A stretch of 62,498 nucleotides of DNA, filler included, from Asterionella formosa (taxonomy: Eukaryota): assembly GCA_002256025.1 (NCBI GenBank). It is 9 parts of 9 records of this genome, joined end to end, with 100 filler letters (N's around TTAATTAATTAA, not from the genome) between each part and the next. Parts side by side here need not be neighbours in the genome. Positions count along the whole stretch, not along the records: positions 13,938 to 20,798 come from NKIB01012588.1; positions 20,899 to 27,758 come from NKIB01012589.1; 7 more parts are not named here. One strand, written 5' to 3'. Each line of letters begins with the position of its first letter. Position 1 is the first letter of the stretch. The position numbers and the translations under genes were made by a program. Shown piece after piece: positions 13,838-26,980 of this stretch. The notes beneath the pieces are model-generated. The model did no database searches and was not told the DNA's origin. It worked only from the letters and a program-made list of their open reading frames with translations.

Positions 13838-13937
13838 NNNNNNNNNNNNNNNNNNNNNNNNNNNNNNNNNNNNNNNNNNNNTTAATTAATTAANNNNNNN
13901 NNNNNNNNNNNNNNNNNNNNNNNNNNNNNNNNNNNNN
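13838..13937. other. Artificial scaffold spacer
   Basis: 44 N + TTAATTAATTAA + 44 N. Confidence 0.98.
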
Positions 13938-14769
13938 TTCAAGATGTCTTTGAGGAAACAGATAACATCTATATCGTTCTTGAACGGATGGACGGAGGTG
14001 ACTTAATCGATCGCATTATCGAAAGGGCTCACTACAGTGAAGGCGATGCTAGGGAAGTCTGCAGAAAACTGCTATTTGGTGTGGAATTTTGTCACTCTCG
14101 TAAGATTGCTAACCGTAACCTCAAGCCTGAGAATTTGTTATTGATGTCCAAGACGAGTGATACCGATGTTAAGATCTCTGATTTTGGTTACGCTAAGAAA
14201 GTACTTTTCCCCAATTCACTTCGGACACAATGCGGCACGGAAGGCTACGTTGCACCCGAGATTCTTGAGCATAGACCTGCGTATGATGTGAAATGCGACA
14301 TGTGGAGTCTAGGGGTAATCATCTACATTGTTTTGGGGGGCTACCGACCCTTCAGAGGAGAATCTGACGAAATTATGAAAAGAATTCGGTATGGCAACTA
14401 CAAATTTCACTCTAAATATTGGAGTCATGTGTCAGATGATGCAAAAAATTTGATTCGAGGATTGTTGACTGTAGATCCCGACAGGCGCTTATCAGCTTCC
14501 GATGCCTTAAAGAGTACATGGATCAATGCCGATGTGGATGCACTTGGTAAAACCGATTTGGCGACGAACCAAGAGCAACTGAAGGATTTCAAGCCAAAGG
14601 CAGCAATGCGCAAAGTAGTGAATTTGGTTAGTACTTTCATTGGTATGCTTTAATTGGATTGTTCCCGTTTTGTCCTGTAACTTATCCTTTTCTCCAATTT
14701 TTTCAGATTATTGCAACAAACAAGTTGCAGAGTCTTGGAACACGGTATCGGGCTTTCCAAGATTTCTAG
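13938..14769 (+). CDS. CaMK-family kinase domain with NRN in place of HRD (probable pseudokinase), 5' partial; exons <13938-14626, 14707-14769
   Basis: IANRNLKPEN, DFG, CGTEGYVAPE, DMWSLG; C-terminal basic amphipathic segment KAAMRKVVNL/IIATNKL; GTTAGT..TTTCAG intron. Confidence 0.9.
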
Positions 14770-15781
14770 AGGTAAAAGTAATTCTATAAAATATATTATG
14801 CTGATTCCCATATAATTTTTTTTATTGGAATGTGGAAGTTGTAACTTGGAAAAGAGGTTATAATAGTTAAATTTTCTTTACTTTGTTTCTTCACCTTCTA
14901 TTTTTTCATTTGTTTTTTCTCTGGATTGAATTTCTTTAGGCTGATTGCTTGCTTGTTTAAGTAAGTTGCATTGTGATTTCAAATCATTTTCGCATGCAGC
15001 CGGAAATGCTTTTGAATCTTCGCTTCCTCCAAATCTTATTTATACATGTTTTTTACTTCCTTTACTACATCTATGCAGTCGTCACCATATTTGCTGGGAT
15101 GATGTCCACTACCAATGATGGTAACAAAGGGCGCCACACAACCTATTCTATCCAAATAGTCGACTTTCAAGACGCCTTAGCAAAAAAGTTATGTATGATG
15201 ATTTTTGTGTTCTGATATACTATGTCACAAAGATCAGTTAAGAAATGTTTCTTCTTGCCAGCCAAAGAAGACAAGTCCCTCCTATTGTGTAACAAAATTC
15301 AACCTTGTCACAATGATGCATTGAACTTATCCAAGCAGCATTTCCCTTTGTTTTGCAAAGAAATAAAATTTTAAATTTTGTTTACTTAATAGGTGTGTGT
15401 CATGCTGTCACATGAAGTGCATATTTCCTAATCTGGTATGTTACTGGCAAAATGCACTATTGCATTGACTGGTGCAGCATTGCAATGATTGACGTTGGAT
15501 GCAACAGTGACATTCAACTGTTTAGTTCTTCATATTCCTTCTTTGTAATTTGAGGCACAATGCCATGACAATCTTGTAAAACAATTAGGCATAAGATAAA
15601 AGCATCATTAAAAATTAGTAAATTAATTTTTTAAGTACATGTTTTTGAACCTCGACTGGTGTGGAGTCCTTTGGGTCGCACCAGGGCGCATTGCGCCTGG
15701 TTTGATTACTACAATAGCCTAGACAGATGAATCATTGGTGAATGGTACCTTGCCAAAGTTCATCATGGGGAACTTGAGATG

Positions 15782-16190
15782 TTAACAAGCTAAATTGGCC
15801 GGCTCTATGATAGCAAGCCAAGCAGTTACGGCTGAGGCTGTGTGTGTTAACCGTAGCGAAAGAGGTAGGCCAAAGAGGTGGCCTAGTTCGTCTGGGGGAA
15901 TGGAGATTTGATTTTTGTAAGCGGAGGAAAGCTGTTTGCGAAGAAGGTTTAATTGGCGTGTGTTGGTGACTTGAAGTGTAGCTTGATGAACGACATCATT
16001 TCGGTGGTCAATTGTTCCATAATGTGTGCCTGGAAGGAGTTGATAAGTCGGCAGTTCCACATAGAGTAAGGAGTCATAAGATCTTGGTAAACTGTCATGG
16101 CATGACCCCAGGAAAGGGGGAGATGGCCGCAGAGAAGATGATTCCAGCCTAAAGCTGTTTGCTGGAGGAGGTAGCTAGGCACCACAGTGA
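15782..16190 (-). pseudogene. Non-LTR retrotransposon ORF2 C-terminal remnant
   Basis: QQTALGWNHLLCGHLPLSW and LFGLPLSLRL...AWL resemble C-termini of diatom LINE polyproteins; frameshifted. Confidence 0.5.
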
Positions 16191-18286
16191 AAACATAGAT
16201 TATGTACTTGAGAATACTTAATTGTGATTTGCAACTACATTTGACAAGAAGCAAGTAGCAAGAATATGTAGGACTACTGCCCTAATACTAGAAGACTAGT
16301 AACTGTTGACTATCAAAGTTTCACGATTAGTGTGTTCACCAACGCAATTATTATTCCTCAAAACCACCACAGCAATGCCTGCCAAGGATGCGTTTGTTTG
16401 CCATATTTGTGGCGAAGATCCATTCAAGTCATCTTGCATTCACTACGTGGAAGCTCCTGGTTGCAGAAAGCTGAGTTGCCAACAAAAGAGACAACAGACT
16501 GTGTCGGTGTTGCCGAAAACAACACCAAGAAGTTCAATATTTGAATGGCTGATTTGTCACGATTTTCGGCGTCCCATCATTTCATTCTACAATCTCCCAG
16601 AACACCATGATGTTATCTCATAACCAATACTTGATAAAACATATTTCAATTGACTTTGTTGGGACATCCCCAGAGTTCATAATATTCCACTTTGTTTGTT
16701 GACTTTGTCGCTTGGTTGTTTTTCTGAATTGTCTGCTTTGATAGATCATAGACATATGTTGCCTTGCAGAAAGTTGTGTCAAAACCGAGGGCAGATTTGG
16801 CTGCTTTGAATCGTTTTATCAGCTTCTCTATGTTGATGGGGTCCCCTTCATGAGTTGTGACAACATTGGCATGTGTCCTGTAATCTTGTTGTTCGTCAAG
16901 ATCTTTCTAAATCTTGAAGTATGTACATATATATATATATTGTCTTGTTACTACTAGCCTTGAAAATTGACTTCTCCTTTTGTTGTTAACACTTGCTCTC
17001 TTGTCATTCCCCTTTTACATCACAGACTTGAAGTTTTCTTTCTCCCTTTTTCCTCATCAGAACAATGCAATGGTAGAAATCTTTGCGCAATCCCAGGAAT
17101 TCTCAATTCTCTCTCCAATAATTTCACAGTGAAACTTCAGTGACGGTCAACAAAAAATTCCATTTCCCTTCCCATTGACTGAAGCTGTGTATCCACTTCC
17201 TCAAAATAAAGATATTTTCCCATCATTGACTTCAATGGAAATTCCTTTTGCACAAAACAAAGGCATCTTGATTTCCATTCAATGTGCAGCTATCCAATCT
17301 CGATTCATCAATAAATCCATGCTTTTTTACTTTTCCCTCCCTCAATAACTTTTGCTTTTGTCACTTCAATTAGTATGTTGTGTTCTTGCGCCTTTGACTG
17401 TATTGCTTGCTTCTTGCCCTTTGCTGATATTTCCCTTCGCTTTAGGTGTTTAAGAATCTCTTGTCCTTTGTGTATTGTCTTGTGATTGTTGGGTGCCATT
17501 CCAGTACAATGTCCTGGTGTGTTTGATATCCATCAGCTTCAGTGAATGTTGAACAATGTAGCAGCCATGCTGGTACGGCTTTCTCATGCATGTGTTCAAA
17601 CAGCATTTTGATACTGTGGGCTGTATTTTGTTTATGGCAGTATCATGCTGGTATATACCATATCCAGTAGCTGAACAGTTAGGTATTCCAATATGGAAAT
17701 GACAATACCGGTATACCAGTTGCCAGTTGCCAGTTGCTGTTCATATTTATACTGCTACCAAAGCAGTATTCTTATCATCACTATCTCATGTGCGCCTGCT
17801 GTGCACGATTTTTTCTGTCCCAGCAACAAAATGATGATGCAGCAGGCAAGGATAACGGTACCAGGTGCCCTGGTACCAGGTATAGAAGTCTACTGGTACC
17901 GGGTACCACAGAACAAGCAGACAGGCAGTCGATAGTAAATACACAGAATAAAAATTTATATAAAAGCCGATTTCGGAATTGATCACAGGTAATGTGGGTT
18001 GGTAGATCCCGCCGTACTTCAGTTTGTTATTTCGCAATTCAGCCGATTTTACATTCAATTTCGGAGAATTATCATCTTTTGGACATTTGGAAACGGCTGC
18101 AATCATTGAGTCATGATTTGTTGAAAATTTTGACGCCCTCCAAACGCAAGTCCATTTCTATCATTCATGCATTGCGTTGTACCTGGTTCCAGTACCAGGT
18201 AGGAGTACCAGGTACCAGTACTGCAATATCCTATTATAGTACCGTCAGTATGAACCCATTTTATGTACCGGTATGCATCCTCCACC

Positions 18287-20798
18287 ATGGGCGCTTGCCA
18301 AACGAAAGACGAATACAATCCGTATGATGCTAGATCTAGTGCGAAAGAAGCATCAAAGCCTCCAACAAAGAACGTCTATGTAGCAGCAACAGTAAGTTAG
18401 TCCATTTGCACTTTGTCGCCTAACGAAATCGTCGCAGACTTCCTGACGGCCCCTTGTCCTTCTTACCTTCATTCAGGAACAACAATCGGCTCCGCAGGAA
18501 GATGTATCTCCATCCGAGCGAGTACTCATCACTAGAGGGACAGAAAATCAGATAGGAGAAATCGGGAAACGCAAGTTCGAGGATCATTACACAGAAGGCA
18601 AGCAGGTGAGTCGATAATAGTGCGAAGTAACTGTTGCGGAAGGTTACAACGATTCTAATCCTCGCGTGCTATTTGTCCAGATTGGTTTTGGTGCGTTCGC
18701 GGTTGTCTTTATTGGAACAAACAGGTCATTCGACAAAAACTATGCCATTAAAAAAATTGATCGATCCAAAATGATGTGGGGCGATCGCGACGCGTTAGCC
18801 GACGAAATCAATAATTTGAAGGCTGTTCGCGAAGGTCCACATGTCGTTCAGCTTTACGATGAGTACTATGAGAAGAATTACTGTTATCTTGTCATGGAAC
18901 TTTTGCTGGGAGGAGAGCTTTTTGATCGCATTATTGAAAAACGCGCGTTTTCAGAGTTGGAAGCTAGGGATGTCACCAGGTGCATGCTGGAGGCCTTGGA
19001 TTATATGCATACAAAACAAGTAGTCCATCGAGATTTGAAACCAGAAAATTTATTGCTTCCGGTAAGTATGATGACTAGGCAGTAGAAAAATGCAGTTGAC
19101 AATTCGAAACCTTTATCATATTCAGCTGCCCTGCTCCTTCTCATCCATTGCTGACGCTCATTTTGTTTTGTCCCTGGTTTTGTGTGTACTATTGCAGACA
19201 AGGGAAAAGGATACAAATATCAAGCTTGCAGATTTTGGCTTTGCAAAGAAAATTTCGGAACGAAACGGGTGTCGCACACTTTGTGGTACACCTGGCTACC
19301 TAGCACCTGAGATTCTCGAGCGTTGGCCAGCCTACGGTACCAAGTGTGATCTTTGGTCCGTTGGAGTAATTCTTTTCCTTCTTCTTGGTGGGTACCTACC
19401 CTTTGAAGATGATAACGAGGACAAGGTATTCGATAGAACACGAAATGGCCTGTACAAATTCCATCCAGACTATTGGGGACATGTCTCGGGAAGTGCCAAG
19501 GAGCTTGTAACGAAATTACTCACGATTAACCCCAGCAAGCGATTTTCTGCCCAAGATGCCCTCAACCACAAATACATGGTGGCTTCAAACAAGCAAGCCC
19601 TTGAACAGTCAGGTGTCGATATAGAAAAGTTGAAGGAGTCACTTGCGTCTGCAAGAAAAAGGTTAAAAGCAGCTGTAAACACAGTGGTTGTGGCCAATCG
19701 ATTGCAAGTGCTCAGCGAGGGATTCAATAAATATCTTGAGCATAAGCGAGGAGATGAGCCAACTTTTAAAGTTAGACAATCTATGAACCCAAACGCGAAA
19801 GTTCCAAAATTGGATTCCGAAGAGGGCAAACCTTTTGACACATTCTATTCCCTTGGTGAATTGGTGAGTTATCCCTTAGCCTTTCCATGTTTTCGTCGTT
19901 ATTTGCGTGTCTCATATCTAAGTTTTCATGCATTCATAGCTCGGAGAAGGCGGCTTCGCTTCAGTATACCAAGCAACTCACAAGAAGCCACCATTCGAAA
20001 AGTTCGCCTGTAAGAAAGTCCTTCTCTCAAAGTTACCGGCTGGTGCTTCGGGTGCTCTCAAGGATGAAATCCAAGCACTGAAGCTCCTCCGTGGGGGCCC
20101 TCATATAGTGCGTCTCCACGATGTCTTCGAAGAAGTTGAAGTGACATACATGATTATGGAGAAGATGAGGGGAGGTGAATTGTTACAGCGCATCGTTGAG
20201 AAAGAAGTATACACTGAACGAGAGGCTCGGCAAACAGTGAAGATATTGTTTGACGCTCTCGACTATTGTCACAAGAAGAAGATCGCTCATCGTGATATCA
20301 AGCCAGAGAATTTGTTACTTGAGGTACGTTAGTCGCTCATCGCCTTTCCAATTTATTCAATTACTGTTTCTGATGACTTGTCATGTCATAAATTAGGAAA
20401 AGGACGACGACACGAGCATCAAGATTGCCGATTTTGGATTTGCAAAAAGGGTGGTCAAGAAGAATTCTCTAAGAACTCTTTGTGGCACTGCGGCATATGT
20501 TGCTCCCGAAATCTTGGACTTGAAGTCAAAAGGATATGATGAAAGAGCGGACATGTGGAGTTGCGGCGTTGTGACATTCATTTTACTTGGAGGATACGCT
20601 CCATTCGAGGGCCCGACTGAGGAACTAGCATTGACAATCTTGAAGGGAGACTACGAGTTTCACGACGAGTTCTGGTCGTCTATTTCACGTGGAGCAAAGG
20701 ATTTGGTTTCTTCACTGCTGCAGGTGAATCCTGAAATCCGGATTACAGCGGAGGAAGCACTTCAAAACGAGTGGATGACTGCCGATGGGGAAACACTC
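18287..20798 (+). CDS. Myristoylated tandem-domain Ca2+/calmodulin-dependent-like kinase, 3' partial; exons 18287-18391, 18477-18605, 18681-19061, 19198-19863, 19940-20323, 20397->20798
   Basis: CCACCATGG start, MGACQTK N-terminus, five frame-preserving GT-AG introns. Kinase 1: GFGAFA, AIK, HRDLKPEN, DFG, APE. Kinase 2: GEGGFA, ACK, HRDIKPEN, DFG, APE. Confidence 0.92.
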
Positions 20799-20898
20799 NN
20801 NNNNNNNNNNNNNNNNNNNNNNNNNNNNNNNNNNNNNNNNNNTTAATTAATTAANNNNNNNNNNNNNNNNNNNNNNNNNNNNNNNNNNNNNNNNNNNN
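20799..20898. other. Artificial scaffold spacer
   Basis: 44 N + TTAATTAATTAA + 44 N. Confidence 0.98.
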
Positions 20899-21998
20899 CC
20901 TAGTTCTTGCACATCTAAAGAACTGCTATGTTTCTTGTTGTAAAACCATTCTCATGTGTTCATGCTTGCACTTCCTGTGTGAAGCAAGGGTAGGGTGGCT
21001 TGCTGAGGAAGGAGAATCAGCATGCGAAATTGTAATTGTGGGGATATGTAAGCTGTCAATTCATAATAATGGTACCTGGTACCAGGTACTCCCATAAAGG
21101 GAAAACAATCAGGGTAGTACCCAGAGAACATTGCAACTGATATGATACAGTCCTTGAAAGTGCTGGATAAAACAGGATAATTTATAAATCATATCCTATA
21201 TTATGGATGCTATTTATCTAAGTGCAACCAGTATTCCCTTCACATGTGTGGTCAGACCAGGAAGGCACTGAAGTGCATGGTTTATGCACACTTATTCAGT
21301 TTCAACTCACTCCCAATGATGTAGGTTGTCCATTATAATGGATCTAGAAATTCTTGGGGCAGCTGTTTTTCCTTCATTAGATATATATGATACCAGATAG
21401 CATACCCTACATAGACTCAAAACTTTAGATGACACCGCCCTGCCTAAATAATATGAGGAAAATGAATATGCACTTAAACACATGTACACACCAAATAGAC
21501 ACTGTATCTATGAAAGTAGTGGTAAACTGTGTACCCATTAAATCTGGTTTCTCATACCCCTCAATGTACACAGCCACGATTGATTTTAATTAGAGGGGAG
21601 TACAAGACATGGGTCCTTTTTTGATGATCCAACATAATGAAAAAACAAACTTCTCCACCGTTTTCTCTGTAGTCTAAATCGTAAATGGCAACATTAAAAG
21701 ATATATTGTTGTAGTTTCAAACGGTTTCTATTATCAATAGAATTTCTAGTTTTGGTGCACTGGTGCACCTGAGTTTCATGATGGCATCCATATAGAGTGT
21801 ACTTTATCCTACAATAGTAATAATTTGTGCAGGTTCTACGACTTGGATCGTGATAGAAAATGAGATGAGCCAAATATGATTAATGGACAAGAACTCTGAC
21901 ATGCACAAAATATTTCTGCATCCTGAGGCAGCAGGCGAAAATGATTCTATGAACACTTCCGGCAAGCTGACAACATCATCAAGGCCAGCACTTCCTGA

Positions 21999-22267
21999 TG
22001 TTGAAATTGCGTCCCGAAGCACTCTATGCTTTCTTGTATCCTGTAAGGACACGTCAGGGACCAAATAGGCTGTAGATATGAACAACGATGTCTCCGTGAT
22101 CGATTGTAATCGTTCCTAAGAGTTTTAATAAAATTATGGGTTTTTACTGTTGACGTAGATTGTTTTCGAATTCTCTGGTACCATATTCTTTCTTGATTCA
22201 TTCGATTCAATATGTAATAGGTAAAATTCATACCGGGATTTTCTTTCCTAAAATATTTTCTCCAACA
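21999..22267 (-). repeat. 3' LTR of copia
   Basis: Direct repeat of 26981-27249 with 5 substitutions. Confidence 0.96.
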
Positions 22268-22289
22268 CACTCCTGCTGGACACGGATAC

Positions 22290-25200
22290 TCACTTTGAAT
22301 TCATAATTTGCTGACGAAAATGAATAAATTTCGTTCCAACCAGTGGTTTCGTCATGTAGTCTGCTAACATTGCATCCGTTGGACAGTACTTGATTTTTAC
22401 TTCCTTTCTTTCAATAAGATCAGTAATATAAAAATATTTGATGTTGCAATGTCGCGTGCGTTTTCCAGAACTTGCTTTTCCATTTGCTTCCAGTTTCATT
22501 GCACTAGTGTTGTCACGGTAAATGACATTCGTAGTCACCCTGTGTCCTTGTGCTTCAATAAATAATTTCGTCCACAACACCTTTGATGTGATGTCATCGA
22601 TAGCAACCAATCAGCTTCAGTCAAGCTTCTAGTGTTCACTTTCTGTTTCGTGGACATAGAACAAATAATTCCATTTCCAAGTGACAATGTAGCTCCAGTG
22701 TGACTTTTAAAATCTTTGTAACTGCAAACGCCGCATCAACGTACCATTTAATGCTCTGAGTGTCATCAGCACTCATAGATGCAACCTCATTTTGAGTTGC
22801 TTTCAAGAAATTCATGATCTTGACTAATTTCGCCCAATCGCCTTCATTTGGTTCGATAGTTCAGGTCGCCAGAAATGCAATTCCTGGTTGAATGTCCTGT
22901 CTTCCTTGCTTACATAGGAACATTCCTTTCATAACAAAAGTATGAAATATTTTTACTTTTTCATATTCAAGCTTCTTTGATTTTGTATTAACTGTGAACA
23001 ATTTATCTGTCCATGGGAATTTTCCAACACTTTCAAGTTTCAATGGAAAATCATCAATCATTGATTTCACATATTTGGTCATGTCCACCCTCAACACTCC
23101 TGGAAGAAAGTAATCTAGTGTCATCGCCAAATAATCATGCTTCTTTCCACGCATGACCTTGACTTCACCAATTTCGTCAGAAGCGTATTTCTGTTTGAGC
23201 CATTCCAAAAATTGATCATTCACTTTGCTGTCCATGTGACTTGATTTCAAATCGTCTACGTGCCAAGTAACTGTGTGCTGTTTGCCATTAACAATGCGAT
23301 TTGCAACACATGGATCATATGGGTTGACCTTGAATCCAATTGACTCAATATCCTTCCGAAATTTCTTGTAATATAATAATGATGACTGTAACATGCCATA
23401 TAATGCCTTGATCATCCTAACATATAGGACCTTGTTGTTCTCTTCATAAACAACATATTTTTCATAAGTCTCGGGGCTGAGCTCTGTCAACATATTGACA
23501 AGCAAACCTCTAATCTTCATAATGATTCGTTCCCCTTTTTCTTTCTCATCGATATCCACTTGCACAAATGCATTGGGTATATCTGCAGTCATAACATCGC
23601 GATTTTGCTTCGCATCAATTGTTGCTGTTATCATAACAGATTCAGTCATGGTAGTTGGACTAGCTGCTTCATCTCTTTCCATGTATTCACGCTGCAAACT
23701 GCCATTGGCAAAAGCTCTGCCTTTAATGCTCTTGTCTCTCTTTTCAGCCAAAACAATTAGACTTTCCATTGCACGTCACTTTTCGATATCGGTTAGGTCT
23801 TCAATCCTAATCGGTTCAAATACAACTCTATCATGAACTTGATTCATTTCTTCATAAGCAGCATCTCTTCCTTACTGGCCAAATTTCTTGAGGCCTTTCT
23901 TTAAGCTGTATGACTGAACAAAGTGAAATGCTTCTATATTGAATGACATCTCATTAACATAATACATTGCCATTGCGATTACTTTCGCAATTTCAGTGAT
24001 GTATTCTTCTTGACAGTGTGCTTGGGTCAAATAATGTTGGACCATCGTTAGTTTTGTTGGTGGTCTTGAAAACCTTCCAGATCTTGTAGTTCTAACATTT
24101 GGGTCTGAGTCATCCTGAGTGCTTGGATTGACTTCTAACAATGCCTCTTCATTTTCAATTTCATTTGCTGGCTCTTCATCCTCATCTTGGATTTCATCTG
24201 CATTCATTTCAGTATTATTCTCATTGTTACCCTCAGGTTCAGGATCATCCTCTTGAGTATTGTTGTTTAATTCAAGCTGTTCTGCTTCATATATTTCATC
24301 CGGAGTCATTTCATCATAGTCTTCCTCTCCGAGAATTTCATCATTGCTTTCGTTGTCACTAGCGTCTTGATCTTCATAATCTTCATCTTGTGCATCTTCA
24401 AATGCTTCATTATCATAATCCACTCCTGCAATCCAAGCACTATCATAAAATAGTTGTCCCATTCGATTTGGTATCTTGAGACCATCTGGCATATTTTCCT
24501 GCACAGCAAGGGCGTGTACTTGATTCATGATTGCTGGGGTAAGTGGTAGAGGAGTAATTGTTTGTCTAGTGATCAATGAATTTGTAGGTAGGTGTAACAA
24601 TTCATGACCTCCTTGCACATTGTCATTGTAGCGTAGAAAAATGCAATCTAGGCTGCGAGGTGCATTAGTGTTTGAAAACACAGGTTCTTCATGTGCTTGG
24701 ACATAAGTGCCAAATGTATACTGGCAATGTCAAGCATAGTCCAGGTTTTGTTGATGTAAAATCATACGAGGACTGTAATACGGGGATATCCCGTTCTTTG
24801 CCGGAAAGAAATGCAGTTTCTTTGCAGATTCTGTCACTAGAATCTTAATCATCAGTCGTGGCAAATGTTTGAAAGGTAATCGATGATAAGCTGCGTGCAC
24901 GCCTTCTTTAATTACTCGATTATTTCGCTCCGCTTCGGGAACATGTTCTTGTGGGTTTGCGTAATTCATAGTGACTTGAAATTCATTGGAAATTTGTTCC
25001 ATCAAAGGTCGAAACTCGTTGTCACAGTGGATTGTTGTAATATTAAATCCTCCGGTATTATAAACACGGAATACTTGAATCAAAGCATCTCGATAGACTT
25101 CAGCTGTCTGATTCTTGACCCATTGCGCTGTCCTATACATAATGTTTCGAGAAATTGTTGTGAGAAATGATTGTCCATTGACTTTCATTCCATCCATGCA

Positions 25201-26847
25201 AAGAATCACATCGCGTTGAGCTTGGATAAGCTCCTTAGGAATCTCGATATAGTCGTTCACAACTGGCAGCGGCTTGCGACGAGTTGTCTTGCCTTTTAGT
25301 GTTCCGATGTCAGGTCCAAAAATTTTCTCTGCAATTTTGATATCATCGGTATTCACTGGATAATTGTTGATCGTATTCATACGAATTATTGCCTTGAAAT
25401 CATTAATTGATGGTGTACCCAAGGCATGAAATAAATCACAAGCTCGCTTGGCTCTTTCAAATTGACGCTCAGTGTAAAATGTTCTGTTTTCTTCAACCGA
25501 ATTAAACATTTGAGCATTTTCCGCTTTAATTTTTGTAGTAGGCTTGAAAACATATAAGTTAATCCCAATTCTTTTGAATCGAACTGGCTTGTCAGGCAAA
25601 TGAACAATGAATGCATCTTCTTTCTCAGAGTCATAGGTAATTCTGTACCTATCTGCCATTTCGGCATAACTGAAGATGTTTGTGATTACCCTTTCATTAA
25701 ACCATACTTCTCCCCATTGTGGAAGATCAGCCTTCATATCAGTGACCATGGATCCACCATTTGTGGCCAGGTGCATGATTCTGTTGGTTGACATTTGAAT
25801 GGTATCAACCATTTTTGGGTTGCAAAAGACTGTGACACTTGATTGATTATCCAATAGTATCCAGTCACGCATCTCAGATGCTTGGTAAAATTGTAGTTTC
25901 ATTTGAGCTCCCGTCCATCCAAATTGATTGACATTTGCTTGTTGTGAAGCTTGTGATGACGGCGGGTTGTTGGAATTAACAGAGGTAACTGTACTCGTTT
26001 CGGATGTATTAGCCTGTGCCTGTGCATGGCTTTGGGCCCTGTTGATAGCCCATTCCTCTTTGGGTTTGTTCTTGTCTCGACACGAAGAAGATTTGTGACC
26101 TGCTTTTCCGCAGCAGTAACATTTTCCTTCTAACTGTGCAAACGATAAGTTCACATCTTCATCTTCCTTGCCTGCATCCTTTTGTTTCCACTTGAGCACA
26201 TCTTGTGCCACACGAAATCTCTTGGTGTAGTCTTGTAGACTTTCTCCTTCTTTTTGCTTTGTGAATAAAAGCGTTCTCATTGCATCTAAAATGAATGACA
26301 TTGAATATCAATTCTCTTGAAAATTTAATGCGTGTTCTTTAATTGCCATAAGCAATGTTATTGGGTTATTTTTGATCCTATTGTAATCAGATCTTGCTTC
26401 AATCTTGTTCTTCATGGCTTTGTTGCATCTTTCCCGGATTTATGCATACGCCTTGGTATTATTATTTTCGTAGGCCTGTACCCTTTTACTGTAGGTGTCA
26501 TAGTCAGCTTTGAACTCAATCTCATATTGTCGATTCTCTGCAGCGCGATCTTCTTCTGTTGTTGCAATGCTCACTTGCATTCTCGGCTTCCATGCCAATG
26601 TGCTCATTGGTTCTTATAACTCGAGCGCGGTTCCTATGTCGTTGCCATAGTCGAACACTTTCTTGATATGATTGATGAGGTACTCAGTAGTAGTCTCATA
26701 GTCAGATGCCTGCTTTGATCATCCGAGGTAGTAGTTATAGTCATTGACTGACTTCTTGATTGAGTGAGAAGCAACATTGCTCCCTCCCTTGGCTTGAAAC
26801 TTGCCCTTGGCTTGAGTCTTCTTGGTAAAATTTCCTTTGCCACTCAT
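22290..26847 (-). pseudogene. Copia gag-pol with several stops and frameshifts
   Basis: Start MSGKGNF at 26847; CYCCGKAGHKSSSC knuckle; ILLDNQS protease; integrase MDGM/HCDNEF/HVPEAER; RT KALYG/WHVDDL; RNase H YRDNTS/ADYMTKPL. Confidence 0.93.
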
Positions 26848-26980
26848 GATGCGCCCTGTGCGACTTCTTCAGACTCTGGATGGTCTGGTACCCTCAGATC
26901 TTGTCTCCGGGCTCTCAATGGTCCGCCTGTTGTTGATTGTGGTATCACGGCTCTTCCTGGCCGGCTAATTCTATTAAAAC

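Noticed and set aside
15680..15722. GC-rich palindrome followed by CTAG (possible Helitron 3' end)
   Set aside because: Spacing is long, CTAG is not followed by T, and no 5' end or Rep/helicase is visible.
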